From positions 7,910 to 71,909 of the forward strand of contig DKDL01000101.1 in the NCBI GenBank assembly GCA_002449335.1: DNA of 64,000 bases, given 5' to 3'. Source of the stretch: Succinatimonas sp. UBA6849 (GTDB lineage: Bacteria; Pseudomonadota; Gammaproteobacteria; Enterobacterales; Succinivibrionaceae). How positions within the stretch are numbered: the first letter of the stretch is position 1; each line of letters starts with the position of its first letter. This document shows positions 1 through 11,153 of this stretch, piece after piece. A program made the position numbers and the translations under genes. The notes under the pieces are model-generated. The model saw nothing but the letters and a program-made list of their open reading frames with translations. It was not told the origin of the DNA and did not search any database.

Positions 1-329
1 GTAGGGATCTTGCCTTGTCCTGACCAATACTGTGTTTCACCGTTAAGATCAACATATTCATATTTAGGCTTCATCTTGGCCTTGTTGGTTTTTAGTCCCT
101 TTAGCGCAGCCAAATCATCGATGGTGTAGTTGTGACTGTCCAGGCTGTTTAAAAGACCTGAAAGAAAAGCTTCTCTTTCTTGCTCTTCCTTTAATTTAGC
201 TTCTTCTTGAGATTTAACATTTTCATATAGAGCTGTTAACTTTTCTAAAATAGACTTTATTTCAGATGAGGAAGCTCCTCTGAAGAAAGCATTTAGATTT
301 CTAATATTTTTCAGATATCTATAGTCCAT
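1..329 (-). CDS. hns: H-NS family nucleoid-associated protein (3' end runs off window)
   Basis: Not in ORF track. Manual translation from ATG at 329: MDYRYLKNIRNLNAFF...KPKYEYVDLNGETQYWSGQGKIP, matching the H-NS C-terminal KY...W(T/S)GQG(R/K)xP DNA-binding motif. Confidence 0.85.
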   Translation of the reverse strand, partial: MDYRYLKNIRNLNAFFRGASSSEIKSILEKLTALYENVKSQEEAKLKEEQEREAFLSGLLNSLDSHNYTIDDLAALKGLKTNKAKMKPKYEYVDLNGETQYWSGQGKIP

Positions 330-555
330 ATGTCAGTCCTAATTGTTCAGTGCTAATATTATACATGAACTAAAAATGTGTTTTCTTTATGAAGTTCAAT
401 GAATAGCTTTCTGTCACGCATACTTTTGTCATGAATATCTTAAGTCGTCAATACTTTAGGTCATGAATAAATGTGTGAACTTGTAAGTGAAGCCAAAATA
501 CAACGCAAAAGACGTTTAGTGAGCTAATAAAGAATGATGTTGGAACAGTACTGGT

Positions 556-1023
556 ATGAGAATTGTGATTTTAAGACATGGTGAGGCTACTCTTTCAAAC
601 TGTGACAGAGTGTTGTCTTCACAGGGTATGAAAGAAGCTGTAGCTACAGGACAGAAGTTATCAAAGATATTAAAAATCACCAGGTGCTTTTGTTCTCCTA
701 AAACAAGAGCAGAGCAGACAGCCAACATTGTTTGTCAGCAACTAGGTTTTGAAGGAACTAAAGAACAGTTGAGCGAACTTACCCCATCAGGAAATCCTGC
801 AAAGGTTGTGTCTTATATCGATGAGAACTGTGATGATGAGGATACCGTGCTTTTGGTATCTCACTTACCTTTAGTGGAGTTATTGGCTTATGAATATAAC
901 GGCAAGCTTAATTTTCCACCTAGGTTTTCTACAGCTTGTGCATTGATAATAGATTATGACTATGTAAGAGGAAAGTACAAAAGGTTTATAAGTCCTGCTT
1001 TTGATGATGTAATTTTTGACTAG
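556..1023 (+). CDS. sixA: Phosphohistidine phosphatase SixA
   Basis: RHGEA motif, SPxxRAxQT, LVSHLP; 155 aa. Confidence 0.85.
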   Translation: MRIVILRHGEATLSNCDRVLSSQGMKEAVATGQKLSKILKITRCFCSPKTRAEQTANIVCQQLGFEGTKEQLSELTPSGNPAKVVSYIDENCDDEDTVLLVSHLPLVELLAYEYNGKLNFPPRFSTACALIIDYDYVRGKYKRFISPAFDDVIFD

Positions 1024-1274
1024 AGACGCAGAATATTTTTACTGTTACTTTGTTTCATTAATGACAATTTAGAGTTTTGGTGATTCAACTTTGTTTTTGT
1101 CAACGCTTGTCACATTTTGTTGATAATGTTGCGTAAATGAGAAAATTTTCTAACTAGATCAATGAATTCTTTAACTTTTTAACCTAAGATTAAAAGAGTT
1201 AACAAAAATAATAATAAAGATAAAAATTTACATCGTTATACAGCAGACGATGACAAGAATAAGGACAGTTATAA

Positions 1275-1496
1275 ATGAGAGTTTTTAAAAACTATGCTCC
1301 AAAGCAGATTGCAAAATATGTTGTAGCCTTTTTCAAAGGTCAATTTTCAATCGAGGGTCAGGGGGTCTTTGAATTTGACGCTGGCAGAGTTGTGGTAAAA
1401 GTAAAGATGGATGAAGCTTCTAAAAAGATCTGCAAGGAGATCAATGAAGAAGCCACAGCTATGTCTACAAAACTAGAGGTAGAGCAGTACCATTAG
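1275..1496 (+). CDS. ytfK: DUF1107 / YtfK family small protein
   Basis: MRVFKNYAPKQIAKYV..FFKG...FEFDAGRV resembles the YtfK N-terminus; SD AAGGA upstream. Confidence 0.75.
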   Translation: MRVFKNYAPKQIAKYVVAFFKGQFSIEGQGVFEFDAGRVVVKVKMDEASKKICKEINEEATAMSTKLEVEQYH

Positions 1497-1542
1497 TTTT
1501 AAGCTGGCTTTTAAAAACTTTTGAGCTAAATTTTGGCTCTCT

Positions 1543-1573
1543 AAAAGAGGATGTTTAAAAACGTCCTTTTTTT
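1543..1573 (+). terminator. Rho-independent terminator after ytfK
   Basis: AGGATGTTT/AAACGTCCT stem followed by T-run. Confidence 0.65.
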
Positions 1574-1677
1574 ATGCAAAATTTCGGTGTTTTTCAAATA
1601 CACAGCTTTGAAATTTCACTATGCTATAATGCATAAGCTTCTTTGAAGCGTATGTTTTTCAATTTCGCAAAGGTTAT

Positions 1678-2700
1678 ATGTCGAAACTTCAGAATAATGC
1701 AGAGATCTCTAACATTCATGCTATGTTAGATGAGCTTCCAAACGCAGAACAGATCCAAGATTCAATCGTTAACGAATTATCAACAGTACAAGACGTAGTA
1801 CGTTATCTTGTATCCTGTTTTTCAAGCCACTCTATCTTTGTAGGTCATGGTACAGACAATTACTGGGATGAAGCTTTGGAAATTGTCCAGGCTGTAATGC
1901 ATCTTCAGCCACCATGTGATGATTCAACCTTAAACTCAAAGTTAACTAAGAGTGAGAGGGTAATTATTGCCAAGATTGCTGTACAGAGAATTTTAGAGAG
2001 AATTCCTACTCCATACCTGACTCACAGAGCATTCTTCTGCGGTAAAGAATTCTATGTTGATGACAGAGTCATCATCCCAAGATCACCTATTGCCGAGTTA
2101 ATCGAGAATGGCTTTGATCCTTATCTTGAGAGAAGCCCTGAAAGAGTACTTGATATGTGTACAGGCTCTGCCTGCATCGCTATTGCCATTGCTCTTCACT
2201 TTGACGGTGATGTTGAGGTTGATGCTGTAGATATTTCAGATGAAGCTTTAGATGTAGCAAATATCAATATTCAGGGTTACGGTCTTGAGAATGTAGTAAC
2301 TCCTATTAAATCTGATTTATTCAATAACCTGCCTGAAGGCGATAAGTATGATCTTATCGTGGCAAATCCTCCTTATGTAGACAGCTATGATTTAGCTACT
2401 ATGCCAGAGGAGTTTAACCGTGAACCTGATCTTGCATTAGGCTCTGGTGATGACGGTTTAGATTGTGCTAAGAGAATTTTAGCTGATGCAGCTGACTTCC
2501 TGAATGATGACGGTATCTTAATTATGGAAGTAGGTAATTCTGAAGAGCATTTAGTTGACCTCTTCCCAACCGTACCATTCCACTTTGTTGATTTAAAACG
2601 CGGTGGTACCGGTGTCTTTATCTTATCAAAAGAACAGTTAAAGACTTATCATGAGGTCTTTGCAAAAGCTGCTGCTGAGGTAGTAAACAATGAGCGCTAA
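1678..2700 (+). CDS. prmB: 50S ribosomal protein L3 N5-glutamine methyltransferase
   Basis: [32 protein letters not shown]; directly upstream of aroC as in other Gammaproteobacteria. Confidence 0.95.
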   Translation: MSKLQNNAEISNIHAMLDELPNAEQIQDSIVNELSTVQDVVRYLVSCFSSHSIFVGHGTDNYWDEALEIVQAVMHLQPPCDDSTLNSKLTKSERVIIAKIAVQRILERIPTPYLTHRAFFCGKEFYVDDRVIIPRSPIAELIENGFDPYLERSPERVLDMCTGSACIAIAIALHFDGDVEVDAVDISDEALDVANINIQGYGLENVVTPIKSDLFNNLPEGDKYDLIVANPPYVDSYDLATMPEEFNREPDLALGSGDDGLDCAKRILADAADFLNDDGILIMEVGNSEEHLVDLFPTVPFHFVDLKRGGTGVFILSKEQLKTYHEVFAKAAAEVVNNER

Positions 2701-3787
2701 TACCTTTGGTGAGCTGTTTAGAGTTACTACCTGCGGTGAGAGCCATGGCTTGGCTTTAGCTGCAATTATTGATGGTGTACCACCTCTAATTGAGTTAGAT
2801 GAGTCAGACATTCAGCCTGATCTTGACAGACGTCGTCCAGGCTCTACCCGTTATGGCACTCCACGTAATGAAGCTGATAAAGTAAAGATTATTTCAGGTG
2901 TATTCGAAGGTAAGACTACAGGTACTCCTATTGGTCTTATCATTGAGAACACCTCTCAGAGATCTGGCGATTATTCAGCTATCATGAATTCATTCAGACC
3001 TGGTCATGCTGATTACACCTATCTGTCAAAATACGGTATTCGTGATTACCGTGGTGGTGGCAGAGCTTCTGCTCGTGAAACTGCTATGAGAGTTGCAGCA
3101 GGTGCTGTAGCTAAAAAAGTTTTAAAGAAACTTTTTAATATCACTGTAGATGGTTGCGTAACTGCCATAGGTGAAGTTTCAACTGATATCTATGATGCAA
3201 AGACTGCATTAGAGAATGAGTTTAACTTCTCAGACTTATCAAAGATTGATGCTCTAAAAGCTTTATTTAAAGATTTAGCAACTACTGGCGACTCTGTAGG
3301 TGCTGTAGTGCAGGTAAGAGCTCATGGCGTAAAAGCAGGTTTAGGTGATCCTGTTTTCAATCGTCTAGATGCACAGATTGCTTCAGCTATGATGGGCATT
3401 AACGCAGTTAAAGGTGTAGAGATTGGTGATGGCTTTGAAATGGCCAAAATGAGGGGATCAGAGGCTCGTGATGAACTTACCCCTGAGAAATTCACCTCAA
3501 ACCATTCTGGTGGCATTTTAGGCGGTATTAGCTCAGGTCAGGAGATCATTGTTAAGATGGCTCTAAAGCCAACTTCAAGTATCCTTGTACCAGGAAACAC
3601 CATCGATAAAGAGGGTAAGGTTTGCTCTATTGTAACTAAAGGTCGTCATGATCCTTGTGTGGGTATTAGGGCTGTCCCTATTGCTGAAGCTATGCTTGCA
3701 ATTACTCTTTTAGATGCTGCTCTTCGCAATAAAGCTCAATGCTTTAATGTACCTCCTCAACCTTTTGAAATCCCTGTTGAAGGTTAA
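2690..3787 (+). CDS. aroC: Chorismate synthase
   Basis: [31 protein letters not shown] signatures. Confidence 0.98.
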   Translation: MSANTFGELFRVTTCGESHGLALAAIIDGVPPLIELDESDIQPDLDRRRPGSTRYGTPRNEADKVKIISGVFEGKTTGTPIGLIIENTSQRSGDYSAIMNSFRPGHADYTYLSKYGIRDYRGGGRASARETAMRVAAGAVAKKVLKKLFNITVDGCVTAIGEVSTDIYDAKTALENEFNFSDLSKIDALKALFKDLATTGDSVGAVVQVRAHGVKAGLGDPVFNRLDAQIASAMMGINAVKGVEIGDGFEMAKMRGSEARDELTPEKFTSNHSGGILGGISSGQEIIVKMALKPTSSILVPGNTIDKEGKVCSIVTKGRHDPCVGIRAVPIAEAMLAITLLDAALRNKAQCFNVPPQPFEIPVEG

Positions 3788-3854
3788 TCTTTGATACTCA
3801 GGCGCAAGCCTGAGTATCACCTCATAACCAGTCCAATTCTCAAAACTTCTACAG

Positions 3855-4346
3855 ATGCTACATAATGCTATGCCTTCTTCTGATAATCGTTTCTTATCAA
3901 ATTTAGAGCACTTTGACACCTTTGCTTTTAAGTTTCTCTCTAAAAGAGAGGTGGTAATTCAGGATTGTGAATATACAGGCATAGTCTTCTCAGACCGAGC
4001 TAAATCCATATTTTTTGATGAACGGTCACAAGATGACTGCAATGATTTGTACCTGAATACCAAGATAGTTGCTCTCTGTGCAAAGAGTTTGTTTGATGAT
4101 GATATTAGCGCTCATAAGATTGTGTTCTCGGTTATCTATAATAAGAGAGCTCAAAACTTAATCTTAAAGGCTGATAGAGAGCAAATGCCTTACTTTGTAT
4201 CACCTGAGTATGAGAATGCTCTTTTTGTCATTGCTAAAAAGGAATTTGACTATTATGTATTTGTTGAGAAAAGCTATTCAAAGATAAAAACATTGTTAGA
4301 AAAACTCAGCCTTGCAACTACTTTCTCTGAATACGTAAAACTATGA
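3855..4346 (+). CDS. Hypothetical protein
   Basis: 163-aa ORF filling the gap between aroC and the convergent terminator; no motif recognised; start uncertain. Confidence 0.55.
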   Translation: MLHNAMPSSDNRFLSNLEHFDTFAFKFLSKREVVIQDCEYTGIVFSDRAKSIFFDERSQDDCNDLYLNTKIVALCAKSLFDDDISAHKIVFSVIYNKRAQNLILKADREQMPYFVSPEYENALFVIAKKEFDYYVFVEKSYSKIKTLLEKLSLATTFSEYVKL

Positions 4347-4386
4347 ATCTGAGAAGCAATCTCCAAATAAACTAACACCTATCAAT

Positions 4387-4411
4387 AAAAAACGGCACCT
4401 AATGGTGCCGT
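4387..4411 (-). terminator. Terminator downstream of xanthine permease (possibly bidirectional)
   Basis: ACGGCACC-taat-GGTGCCGT hairpin with A6 on the + strand side. Confidence 0.7.
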
Positions 4412-4435
4412 CATACGAGAATATGAAGGAAAGTA

Positions 4436-5779
4436 TTATTCTTTAATTCTAATGAGCATATTAGACAGAATAGCTACAATACCGCCTGTGGTAATACCTG
4501 ATGAGAATAGAGTTGAAATCTCCTGTGGGAACTTACTTAAAATCTCAGGCACAAGCTCAACTGATAAACCAAATGAGAAACTTAAAGCCATAACCAAGAT
4601 AGCTTTACGGTTCATCTTTTGGGTAGAAATAATTCTGATACCAGCAGCAGCTACTGTTCCGAACATTAACAGAGTTGCACCACCTAAAACAGGATCAGGA
4701 ATAAGAGCAAAGACTTTACCTACAGCAGGAAACATACCCAGAATAACTAAGAACAGGGCAATAAAGTAACCTACATAGCGAGATGCTACACCTGTTAACT
4801 GGATCATGCCGTTGTTTTGAGCAAAGATTGAGTTAGGGAAGGAGTTTAAGCAACCTGCTAACATAGAGTTAAAGCCGTCAGCTAAAATTCCTCCTGATGA
4901 GCGTTTCTGGAATTTCTCACCCTCAATAGGCTGTCCTGAAATCAAAGAGTTTGCTGTGATATCGCCATAAGCTTCAATAGCAGTGATAAGGTAAACCACA
5001 CCTAAACCGATGATTGCAGCAGGATCAAATACCAAACCATACTTAAATGGTGATGGAATATTAAAGCCACCATAGCTTTGGATTTGGGTAAAATCAACTC
5101 TACCTAAGAAATAAGCTACAACAAAGCCGATGATAAGACCTAAAACGATAGAGCTCATTCTTAAGTATCTGTTAGAGCTTCTGTTAAAGATTAAGATACT
5201 GATTATAACAAGGGCAGCCAGACCTAAATTCTCCATAGAACCAAAGGTTCCATCAGCTTTAGCTCCAAATCCACCACCACAGGAAATCACACCAACCTTA
5301 ATTAAGCTCAGGCCAATTAAAGTAACCACGATACCTGATACTAAAGGGGTGATGATCTTTCTTGTGTAACGTAAGATCCTGCTGATGAACATTTCAACTA
5401 CAGAACCAGAGATCACAGCACCAAAGATAGCAGCCAAGCCACCGTTTAAACCAGCACCAATAATAGGAGAGATAAAAGAGAAGGAAGTACCCTGAATACA
5501 AAGCAGACCGCAACCTATAGGACCTACACGTTTACACTGAATAAAGGTGGAGATACCTGAGGCCAGTAAAGACATGGAAATCAGATAGCTTGTGGTTTCT
5601 AAGTCTAATTTTAAAGCACCGGCAATAATGAGTGGAGGAGTAATAATAGCCACAAAGATTGCTAACAGATGCTGAAAAGCAGCAAACAAAGCCTCTTTTA
5701 CAGGAGGTCTGTCTTCTAACTTATAGATAAGCTCTGATTTTGTTTCACCAAGAGGAGCTTCTTTTGTATTATCAGACAT
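4436..5779 (-). CDS. NCS2 family xanthine/uracil permease
   Basis: AFQHLLAIF TM1 motif, FAQNNGMIQLTGVASR NAT signature, PVLGGATLLMFG; downstream of xpt. Confidence 0.92.
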   Translation of the reverse strand: MSDNTKEAPLGETKSELIYKLEDRPPVKEALFAAFQHLLAIFVAIITPPLIIAGALKLDLETTSYLISMSLLASGISTFIQCKRVGPIGCGLLCIQGTSFSFISPIIGAGLNGGLAAIFGAVISGSVVEMFISRILRYTRKIITPLVSGIVVTLIGLSLIKVGVISCGGGFGAKADGTFGSMENLGLAALVIISILIFNRSSNRYLRMSSIVLGLIIGFVVAYFLGRVDFTQIQSYGGFNIPSPFKYGLVFDPAAIIGLGVVYLITAIEAYGDITANSLISGQPIEGEKFQKRSSGGILADGFNSMLAGCLNSFPNSIFAQNNGMIQLTGVASRYVGYFIALFLVILGMFPAVGKVFALIPDPVLGGATLLMFGTVAAAGIRIISTQKMNRKAILVMALSFSFGLSVELVPEILSKFPQEISTLFSSGITTGGIVAILSNMLIRIKE

Positions 5780-5825
5780 TTTATTTAATCTCTTTTATCT
5801 AATCTAAGTTTAGGAACTTAAAAGA

Positions 5826-6425
5826 TTATTCTTTCTCTTTAAAGGTGATCTTGCAGTTATCTAGGCTGTCGATAATAGCTAATGATTCAACCTGATATCC
5901 ACTCTCTCTTAAGAAGTCACCGCCGTGCTGGAATGACTTTTCAACGATAAAGCCCATGCCTGATAATTCAGCACCTGCTTTCTTTACTAAATCGATAATA
6001 CCTTTTGCAGCATTACCGTTAGCTAAGAAGTCATCAATGAAAAGCACCTTATCACCTTTGCCTAAGAAATCCTTTGAGCAGCAGACTGTGTAAGCTCTGT
6101 TCTTAGTAAAAGAGAAAACTTCAGTGGTTAACATGTTGTCCATGGTTGAAGGCTTCTTCTTTTTAGCAAATACAACAGGAACATTTAAAAGAAAACCTAC
6201 CATGATAGCTGGAGCAATACCTGATGCTTCGATGGTTAAGATCTTATTGATCTCTTTGTTTGCAAATCTGCGTACAAACTCAATTGACATTGATTGAAGC
6301 AATGTAGGATCGATCTGATGATTGATAAAACTGTCAACTTTCAGAATACCACCTTCTAAGCATTTGCCGTCCTGTTTAATTCTCTCAACTAGTGGGGCAA
6401 AAGGTCTGTAGTGAGTAGCCATCAT
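5826..6425 (-). CDS. xpt: Xanthine phosphoribosyltransferase
   Basis: [27 protein letters not shown]-binding [11 protein letters not shown]. Confidence 0.93.
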   Translation of the reverse strand: MMATHYRPFAPLVERIKQDGKCLEGGILKVDSFINHQIDPTLLQSMSIEFVRRFANKEINKILTIEASGIAPAIMVGFLLNVPVVFAKKKKPSTMDNMLTTEVFSFTKNRAYTVCCSKDFLGKGDKVLFIDDFLANGNAAKGIIDLVKKAGAELSGMGFIVEKSFQHGGDFLRESGYQVESLAIIDSLDNCKITFKEKE

Positions 6426-6448
6426 TTGTACCTCTTAAATGATTTTCT

Positions 6449-7774
6449 TTAATTCTTAATAAAGGAAATAGCGCCGTCTGTCTTTGAAACTAGCTCTGCT
6501 TCCATATCATGTTCATCATGGGAGACGATCTTAGCTTTTACAAGATCGCCGACTTCAACACCTTTGGTGTTTGGAATTGAAATTACTCCATCAATATCAG
6601 GGGATTCGTACTTTGAACGGCCAACTGCAACGCCATCATCTGAAACGTAGTCAATTAGAACCTGATATTCTTTGCCAACTCTCTGTTCGAGTTTTTCATA
6701 AGAGATTTTTGCCTGTGTCTCCATTAAAAGAGCTGCTCTGTGCTCTCTTAATTCCTCATCCACAGGATTTAAGTAATCGTTAGCTGCAGCGCCTTCTACA
6801 TCTGAATAAGGGAAACATCCTACTCTATCTAATTTAGCTTCTTTAATAAAATCTAAAAGTTCATTAAACTGAGCTTCAGTTTCACCAGGGAAGCCTGCAA
6901 TGAAAGTTGATCTGATTGCAATATCAGGACAAACAGCACGCCAGTTTTCAATCAGACGCAGAGTTTTGTCGATATTACCAGGACGCTTCATTGCACGTAA
7001 AATGGTTGGATTTACATGCTGGAAAGGTACATCCAAATAAGGTAATACCAAGCCTTCAGCCATTAAATCAACCACTCTGTTAGCTTCATCTGATGGGTAG
7101 ACATAGTGAACTCTAACCCAGCGTTTGAATTGACCTAACTTACGCAAAAGTGATGATAGAGAGGTCTTATTCTTAAGATCCATACCGTAGTCAGAGCTGT
7201 CTTGCGCAATAACCAAAAGCTCTTTTACGCCACGACGCACCAAATCCTCAGATTCTTTTAAAATTGAATCTACTTTTCTTGAACGAAGTGGTCCACGTAA
7301 TGAAGGAATGATACAGAAAGAGCAGTGATGTCTGCATCCTTCTGCAATCTTAAGATAAGCATAATGAGGAGGAGTGAGCAGAATACCTGAAGCACCAACA
7401 TTCTGGCGATCTGATTCACTAGGTTTACCTACTAATGAAACGATACCGCGAATAACTGTAGCTCTCATACCAGGACCGTAAACAGCTGCAACTTGTGGAT
7501 ATCTGTCCATTACAAGTTTAGCTCTGGCACCTAGACAACCTGTAACAATAACTTTACGAGCATAGTTTAGAGCTTCACCGATTGCCTGCATGGATTCTTC
7601 GACTGCAGGGCCGATAAAACCGCAGGTATTAACTACAACTACATCACATTTGCTGTATTCGTTTTCGATTTTGTAGCCCATAGCTACAAGTACAGAGGTT
7701 AATCTTTGAGAGTCAACAAGATTTTTGGCACAGCCTAGGGAAACTAGACCAATTTTAGGAGTGTTCTGCTGCAT
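6449..7774 (-). CDS. rimO: Ribosomal protein S12 methylthiotransferase
   Basis: SLGCAKNLVDS, NTCGFI, radical-SAM GCRHHCSFC, C-terminal TRAM (ESPDIDG). Confidence 0.95.
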   Translation of the reverse strand: MQQNTPKIGLVSLGCAKNLVDSQRLTSVLVAMGYKIENEYSKCDVVVVNTCGFIGPAVEESMQAIGEALNYARKVIVTGCLGARAKLVMDRYPQVAAVYGPGMRATVIRGIVSLVGKPSESDRQNVGASGILLTPPHYAYLKIAEGCRHHCSFCIIPSLRGPLRSRKVDSILKESEDLVRRGVKELLVIAQDSSDYGMDLKNKTSLSSLLRKLGQFKRWVRVHYVYPSDEANRVVDLMAEGLVLPYLDVPFQHVNPTILRAMKRPGNIDKTLRLIENWRAVCPDIAIRSTFIAGFPGETEAQFNELLDFIKEAKLDRVGCFPYSDVEGAAANDYLNPVDEELREHRAALLMETQAKISYEKLEQRVGKEYQVLIDYVSDDGVAVGRSKYESPDIDGVISIPNTKGVEVGDLVKAKIVSHDEHDMEAELVSKTDGAISFIKN

Positions 7775-7807
7775 TAAATTCTCTTATAGGTTTAATTCTC
7801 GATAGCC

Positions 7808-7834
7808 AAAAGCCAGGTAAAAACCTGGCTTTTT
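7808..7834 (-). terminator. Terminator downstream of ppaC
   Basis: AAAAGCCAGGT-aaaa-ACCTGGCTTTT perfect inverted repeat. Confidence 0.7.
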
Positions 7835-7850
7835 GCAATTAGAAAAGTAA

Positions 7851-8768
7851 TTAGGCCTTGAATGCACCCTGCAGTGGTGGAACAACCTGCTTCTTACGGC
7901 TCATTACACCAGGCATCCACATTACGTCAGCTTTCTTAGTACCTAAAGCTTCGATAACCTTGTTCTCATCATCTGAAGCAACTAGTAGCTCTGAACCTTC
8001 TTTCATGATGTCGGTTAGAACTAAGATAGCGCTGTGACGACCTTCAGCCTTAACTGCATTTAACTCGTCCTGTAAAGCCTTCTTTAACTCAGGGGTTACC
8101 ATTGATAGAGAGATTAACTCTAACTGACCGATACCGATCTTCTTGCCACCCATATCAAAGTCTTTGAAGTCGCGGAAGATTAAATCACGAGGTGAAGCAT
8201 CAAGATTTGACTTAGCTTTGAACATATCCATGCCTAAAGCCTCAGTATCAGAAACTGATGCAATCTTTGCTAACTCAGCAGCTGCTTTCTTATCGAACTC
8301 AGTGCAGGTAGGGCTCTTGAATAAAACGGTGTCTGATAAGATAGCGCATAACATTGCACCAGCTAAATCAGCAGGAATTGCTACATTGTAGTAATCAGCT
8401 ACCATCTTAACGATGGTGTTAGCGCAGCCATATGGCTGGATCCAGCACTCTAATGGAGTATCTGAGGTTACATCACCTAACTTGTGGTGATCAACGATAC
8501 CTAAAAGCTTAGCCTTTGAGAAATCTTCAGGAGCCTGTGCAAGATCTGAGTAGTCAACTAAGTAAACTTCTTTATCTGCAACTGATGAGATAACCTTAGG
8601 AGCCTTTAAATTGAACTTTTTTAAAACGAACTCGGTCTCAGGAGCAGGTTCGCCCTGAGCTACAGCTTCGGCATCAATACCGCGAGCCTTTAAAACGTGT
8701 GCATATGAAAGAGCTGCAACAATTGAGTCTGTATCTGGATTCTTGTGTCCTAGAACTAAAACGCTCAT
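7851..8768 (-). CDS. ppaC: Mn-dependent (family II, DHH) inorganic pyrophosphatase
   Basis: GHKNPDTDS, VDHHK, AILSDT, SRKKQVVP. Confidence 0.96.
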   Translation of the reverse strand: MSVLVLGHKNPDTDSIVAALSYAHVLKARGIDAEAVAQGEPAPETEFVLKKFNLKAPKVISSVADKEVYLVDYSDLAQAPEDFSKAKLLGIVDHHKLGDVTSDTPLECWIQPYGCANTIVKMVADYYNVAIPADLAGAMLCAILSDTVLFKSPTCTEFDKKAAAELAKIASVSDTEALGMDMFKAKSNLDASPRDLIFRDFKDFDMGGKKIGIGQLELISLSMVTPELKKALQDELNAVKAEGRHSAILVLTDIMKEGSELLVASDDENKVIEALGTKKADVMWMPGVMSRKKQVVPPLQGAFKA

Positions 8769-8987
8769 CTGTAATTCCTCAAATTATTTGGTACGAAAAA
8801 TTTAATCTTGATATTTTACTCTTAAAGCGTCTTGTAGTCACCACTATTTCATTAAAAGTAATGCCTTTTATGCAAATTGTGACCACTCTTTTTGAGGATA
8901 ATTGCGCTTTTAAACTATAATGAGTGTTTTAGTTATAAAAGCTTTAAGCAGCAAGTTAAAGCTGGTATTAGAAAAACGGAATTATAA

Positions 8988-9599
8988 ATGATTAAAAAAT
9001 TAGCTCTGACGATAGCTACAACTATGACTTTGTGTTCATTATCAGGAATAACTCTGGCAAAGGATAATGATGTTGCCACTTTGCAAAAAAGTTGTAATGA
9101 AGGAGATCTTGAAAACTGTTATATCGTAGGCACTCTCTATATGGATGGTGACGGTGTAACTAAAGATGCTTTCTCTGGTGTAAAACTAATTGAAAAAGCC
9201 TGTGAAGGCGGTGTGGTTGATGCATGTTCTTTACTTGGAGAAGTATATCTTACAGGAAAAGGAGTAAAGGCAAACTCTAATCAGGCAAGCTACTACGTGA
9301 CTAAAGCCTGCGAAGGCGGTGACATGTACGCCTGTGCTGTTTTAGGCTCTATGCATGCTAAAGGTCTTGGTGTAAGACGTGATTTAGATAATGCTGCTAC
9401 TTACTTTAAGAAGTCATGTGACGGTGGAGAGGGCTTTGGTTGCCTTTTATTAGGCAAACTTTATGAAGATGGCTTTGGTGTAAACAAAAACTACGCTACA
9501 GCTAAATCTCTATTAGAGAAGTCCTGTTCTTTAGGAAATGAAGAAGGCTGTAAGAACTTGAAACTTTTAAAAGAGAAAATGACTAAAGACAGTAAATAA
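8988..9599 (+). CDS. Secreted Sel1-like repeat protein (Hcp-like, C-x7-C pairs)
   Basis: Signal peptide; ~36-aa repeats K(A/S)C.GG...AC..LG..Y..G.GV. Confidence 0.88.
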   Translation: MIKKLALTIATTMTLCSLSGITLAKDNDVATLQKSCNEGDLENCYIVGTLYMDGDGVTKDAFSGVKLIEKACEGGVVDACSLLGEVYLTGKGVKANSNQASYYVTKACEGGDMYACAVLGSMHAKGLGVRRDLDNAATYFKKSCDGGEGFGCLLLGKLYEDGFGVNKNYATAKSLLEKSCSLGNEEGCKNLKLLKEKMTKDSK

Positions 9600-9645
9600 G
9601 AAATTGCAAGTAAGAAATAGAAAATAAGACAAAGAGACACAATAT

Positions 9646-10197
9646 ATGAAAGCCTTTGATAAGAATAGTTTTAATAATAAGTTTCTGAAACTAACAGTAG
9701 TAGCATTGCTTGCAAGCTTTTGCATTTCTCAATTTGCGATGGCAAAAGACAGTAAAGAGGCAAAGTCATCATTCAACGATGCTATAAAAGCTCACATCGT
9801 AAAGTGTTTAGCCAAAGATGCCAAAGAGTGTTCAAAAGCTGCGGTTTTATTTCAAAACGGTATTGGTGTAACTCAGAGTAATGAGCAGGCTTTAGCTTAT
9901 TTTGATAAAGCATGTGCTTTAAATTCAGGAACAGATTGCATGAGACTTGCTGACCGCTACGTGGTAGGTGATGGTGTAGAACAAGACTCAAAGACCGCTT
10001 TTTCTTACTATAAAAAAGCTTGCAGTGCTAATGTTGCAGAGGCTTGTCGAAACATAGGTTTCATGTTTGAACTAGGTGATGGTACAGAACAGAATGTAGA
10101 GAAAGCTGCGGTTATGTATCAGTATGCATGCAATCTTAAAAATGAAGATGGATGCAAGCAGTTAGAAAGATTAGTTTCAAAAGTTAAGAAAAAGTGA
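9646..10197 (+). CDS. Secreted Sel1-like repeat protein
   Basis: Signal peptide ending FAMA; repeats G.GV.Q...A..YY.KAC......AC. Confidence 0.88.
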   Translation: MKAFDKNSFNNKFLKLTVVALLASFCISQFAMAKDSKEAKSSFNDAIKAHIVKCLAKDAKECSKAAVLFQNGIGVTQSNEQALAYFDKACALNSGTDCMRLADRYVVGDGVEQDSKTAFSYYKKACSANVAEACRNIGFMFELGDGTEQNVEKAAVMYQYACNLKNEDGCKQLERLVSKVKKK

Positions 10198-10366
10198 TTT
10201 TTGCAACTGTAATGAGTACAATACTAGGTTGAATAAAGTATAGCTTTAGTACTTTTACTAAGCTAAATGAGTTCTTAATTTCGTTTAATTGTTTTAGTCT
10301 AGTTGATGATGTTCTAGTTTAGTTGATGGATAAGTTAACAGACACAGTTGGTATAGCGTAGGTTGT

Positions 10367-11083
10367 ATGTTGTTTAATGTAACTAAATCTGCAGTGTTAT
10401 TAGCATCGCTGTATTCTGCGATGTCTATGGCAATTACTTTGCCTGCACCTCCTCCAGAATTACCTGACACTCTTACCAAATTCAGAACCTTAGAACAATT
10501 AAACGAAGAAAGAACTCAAGACAACAGTGCTTATGTTCCTTTTACTGAGAATGTAGAAATTGAGTCAGCTCCTTTTGTACCAGGTGATGATTCAGCTGGT
10601 ATTGTCAGAATATCTTCAGTCTACACTCCTGAGGCTACAGTAGGTGTTCCTGATTACGGTGGAGCTATCGTAAGATTCTATGATCTTGAAGGAATACCTT
10701 GGAATATCTCATCTGTTCGATGCGAAAACCAGGGCTTTTCAGCAGAGGTTACCGCATCACCTTCAGAGCTTTTAATTAAGCAGGGATTAGGTGCAGTATC
10801 TACTAAAATGGCAGTGTCATTAGAAAACAACGACACTCCATTGGTGTTTACGCTGTCACCTGTAAAACTTGAGCGTAACGGCACTGCAATTAACACTGTG
10901 ATTTATGCTGTAAGAATAAAAAGCTATACCAATACACAAGGGTATGTGTTTCCAAATGTGCATGAGGTACCAAAGCCAAACCCTCAGGCACAGGTTGCTA
11001 AGTTTGACGGTATCAATTTAAGTGAAGTTGAAAATAATCTTGTAGAAGCTGTAAGAGCTTTAAAACAAGATGAGTCAAAGTAA
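10367..11083 (+). CDS. DotH/IcmK (TraN)-like secreted protein
   Basis: Signal peptide, Pro-rich start; segment F(Y)DLEGIPWNI...SELLIKQ...KMAVSLENNDTPLVFTL resembles the DotH/IcmK core FxDxxGxPWxI...NxxVxLxxxxxPxxxxL (recalled). Confidence 0.6.
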   Translation: MLFNVTKSAVLLASLYSAMSMAITLPAPPPELPDTLTKFRTLEQLNEERTQDNSAYVPFTENVEIESAPFVPGDDSAGIVRISSVYTPEATVGVPDYGGAIVRFYDLEGIPWNISSVRCENQGFSAEVTASPSELLIKQGLGAVSTKMAVSLENNDTPLVFTLSPVKLERNGTAINTVIYAVRIKSYTNTQGYVFPNVHEVPKPNPQAQVAKFDGINLSEVENNLVEAVRALKQDESK

Positions 11084-11153
11084 CAGAATTTCGTCATAGA
11101 TACGCCTTTATAAAGAAGTAACGTTTTTATAAAGACAAAAGAAAAGTACAAAA

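Noticed and set aside
1097..1124. TTGTCA-like repeats upstream of ytfK as a Pho box
   Set aside because: Period is 10 bp rather than the 11 bp of Pho boxes, and the match is weak
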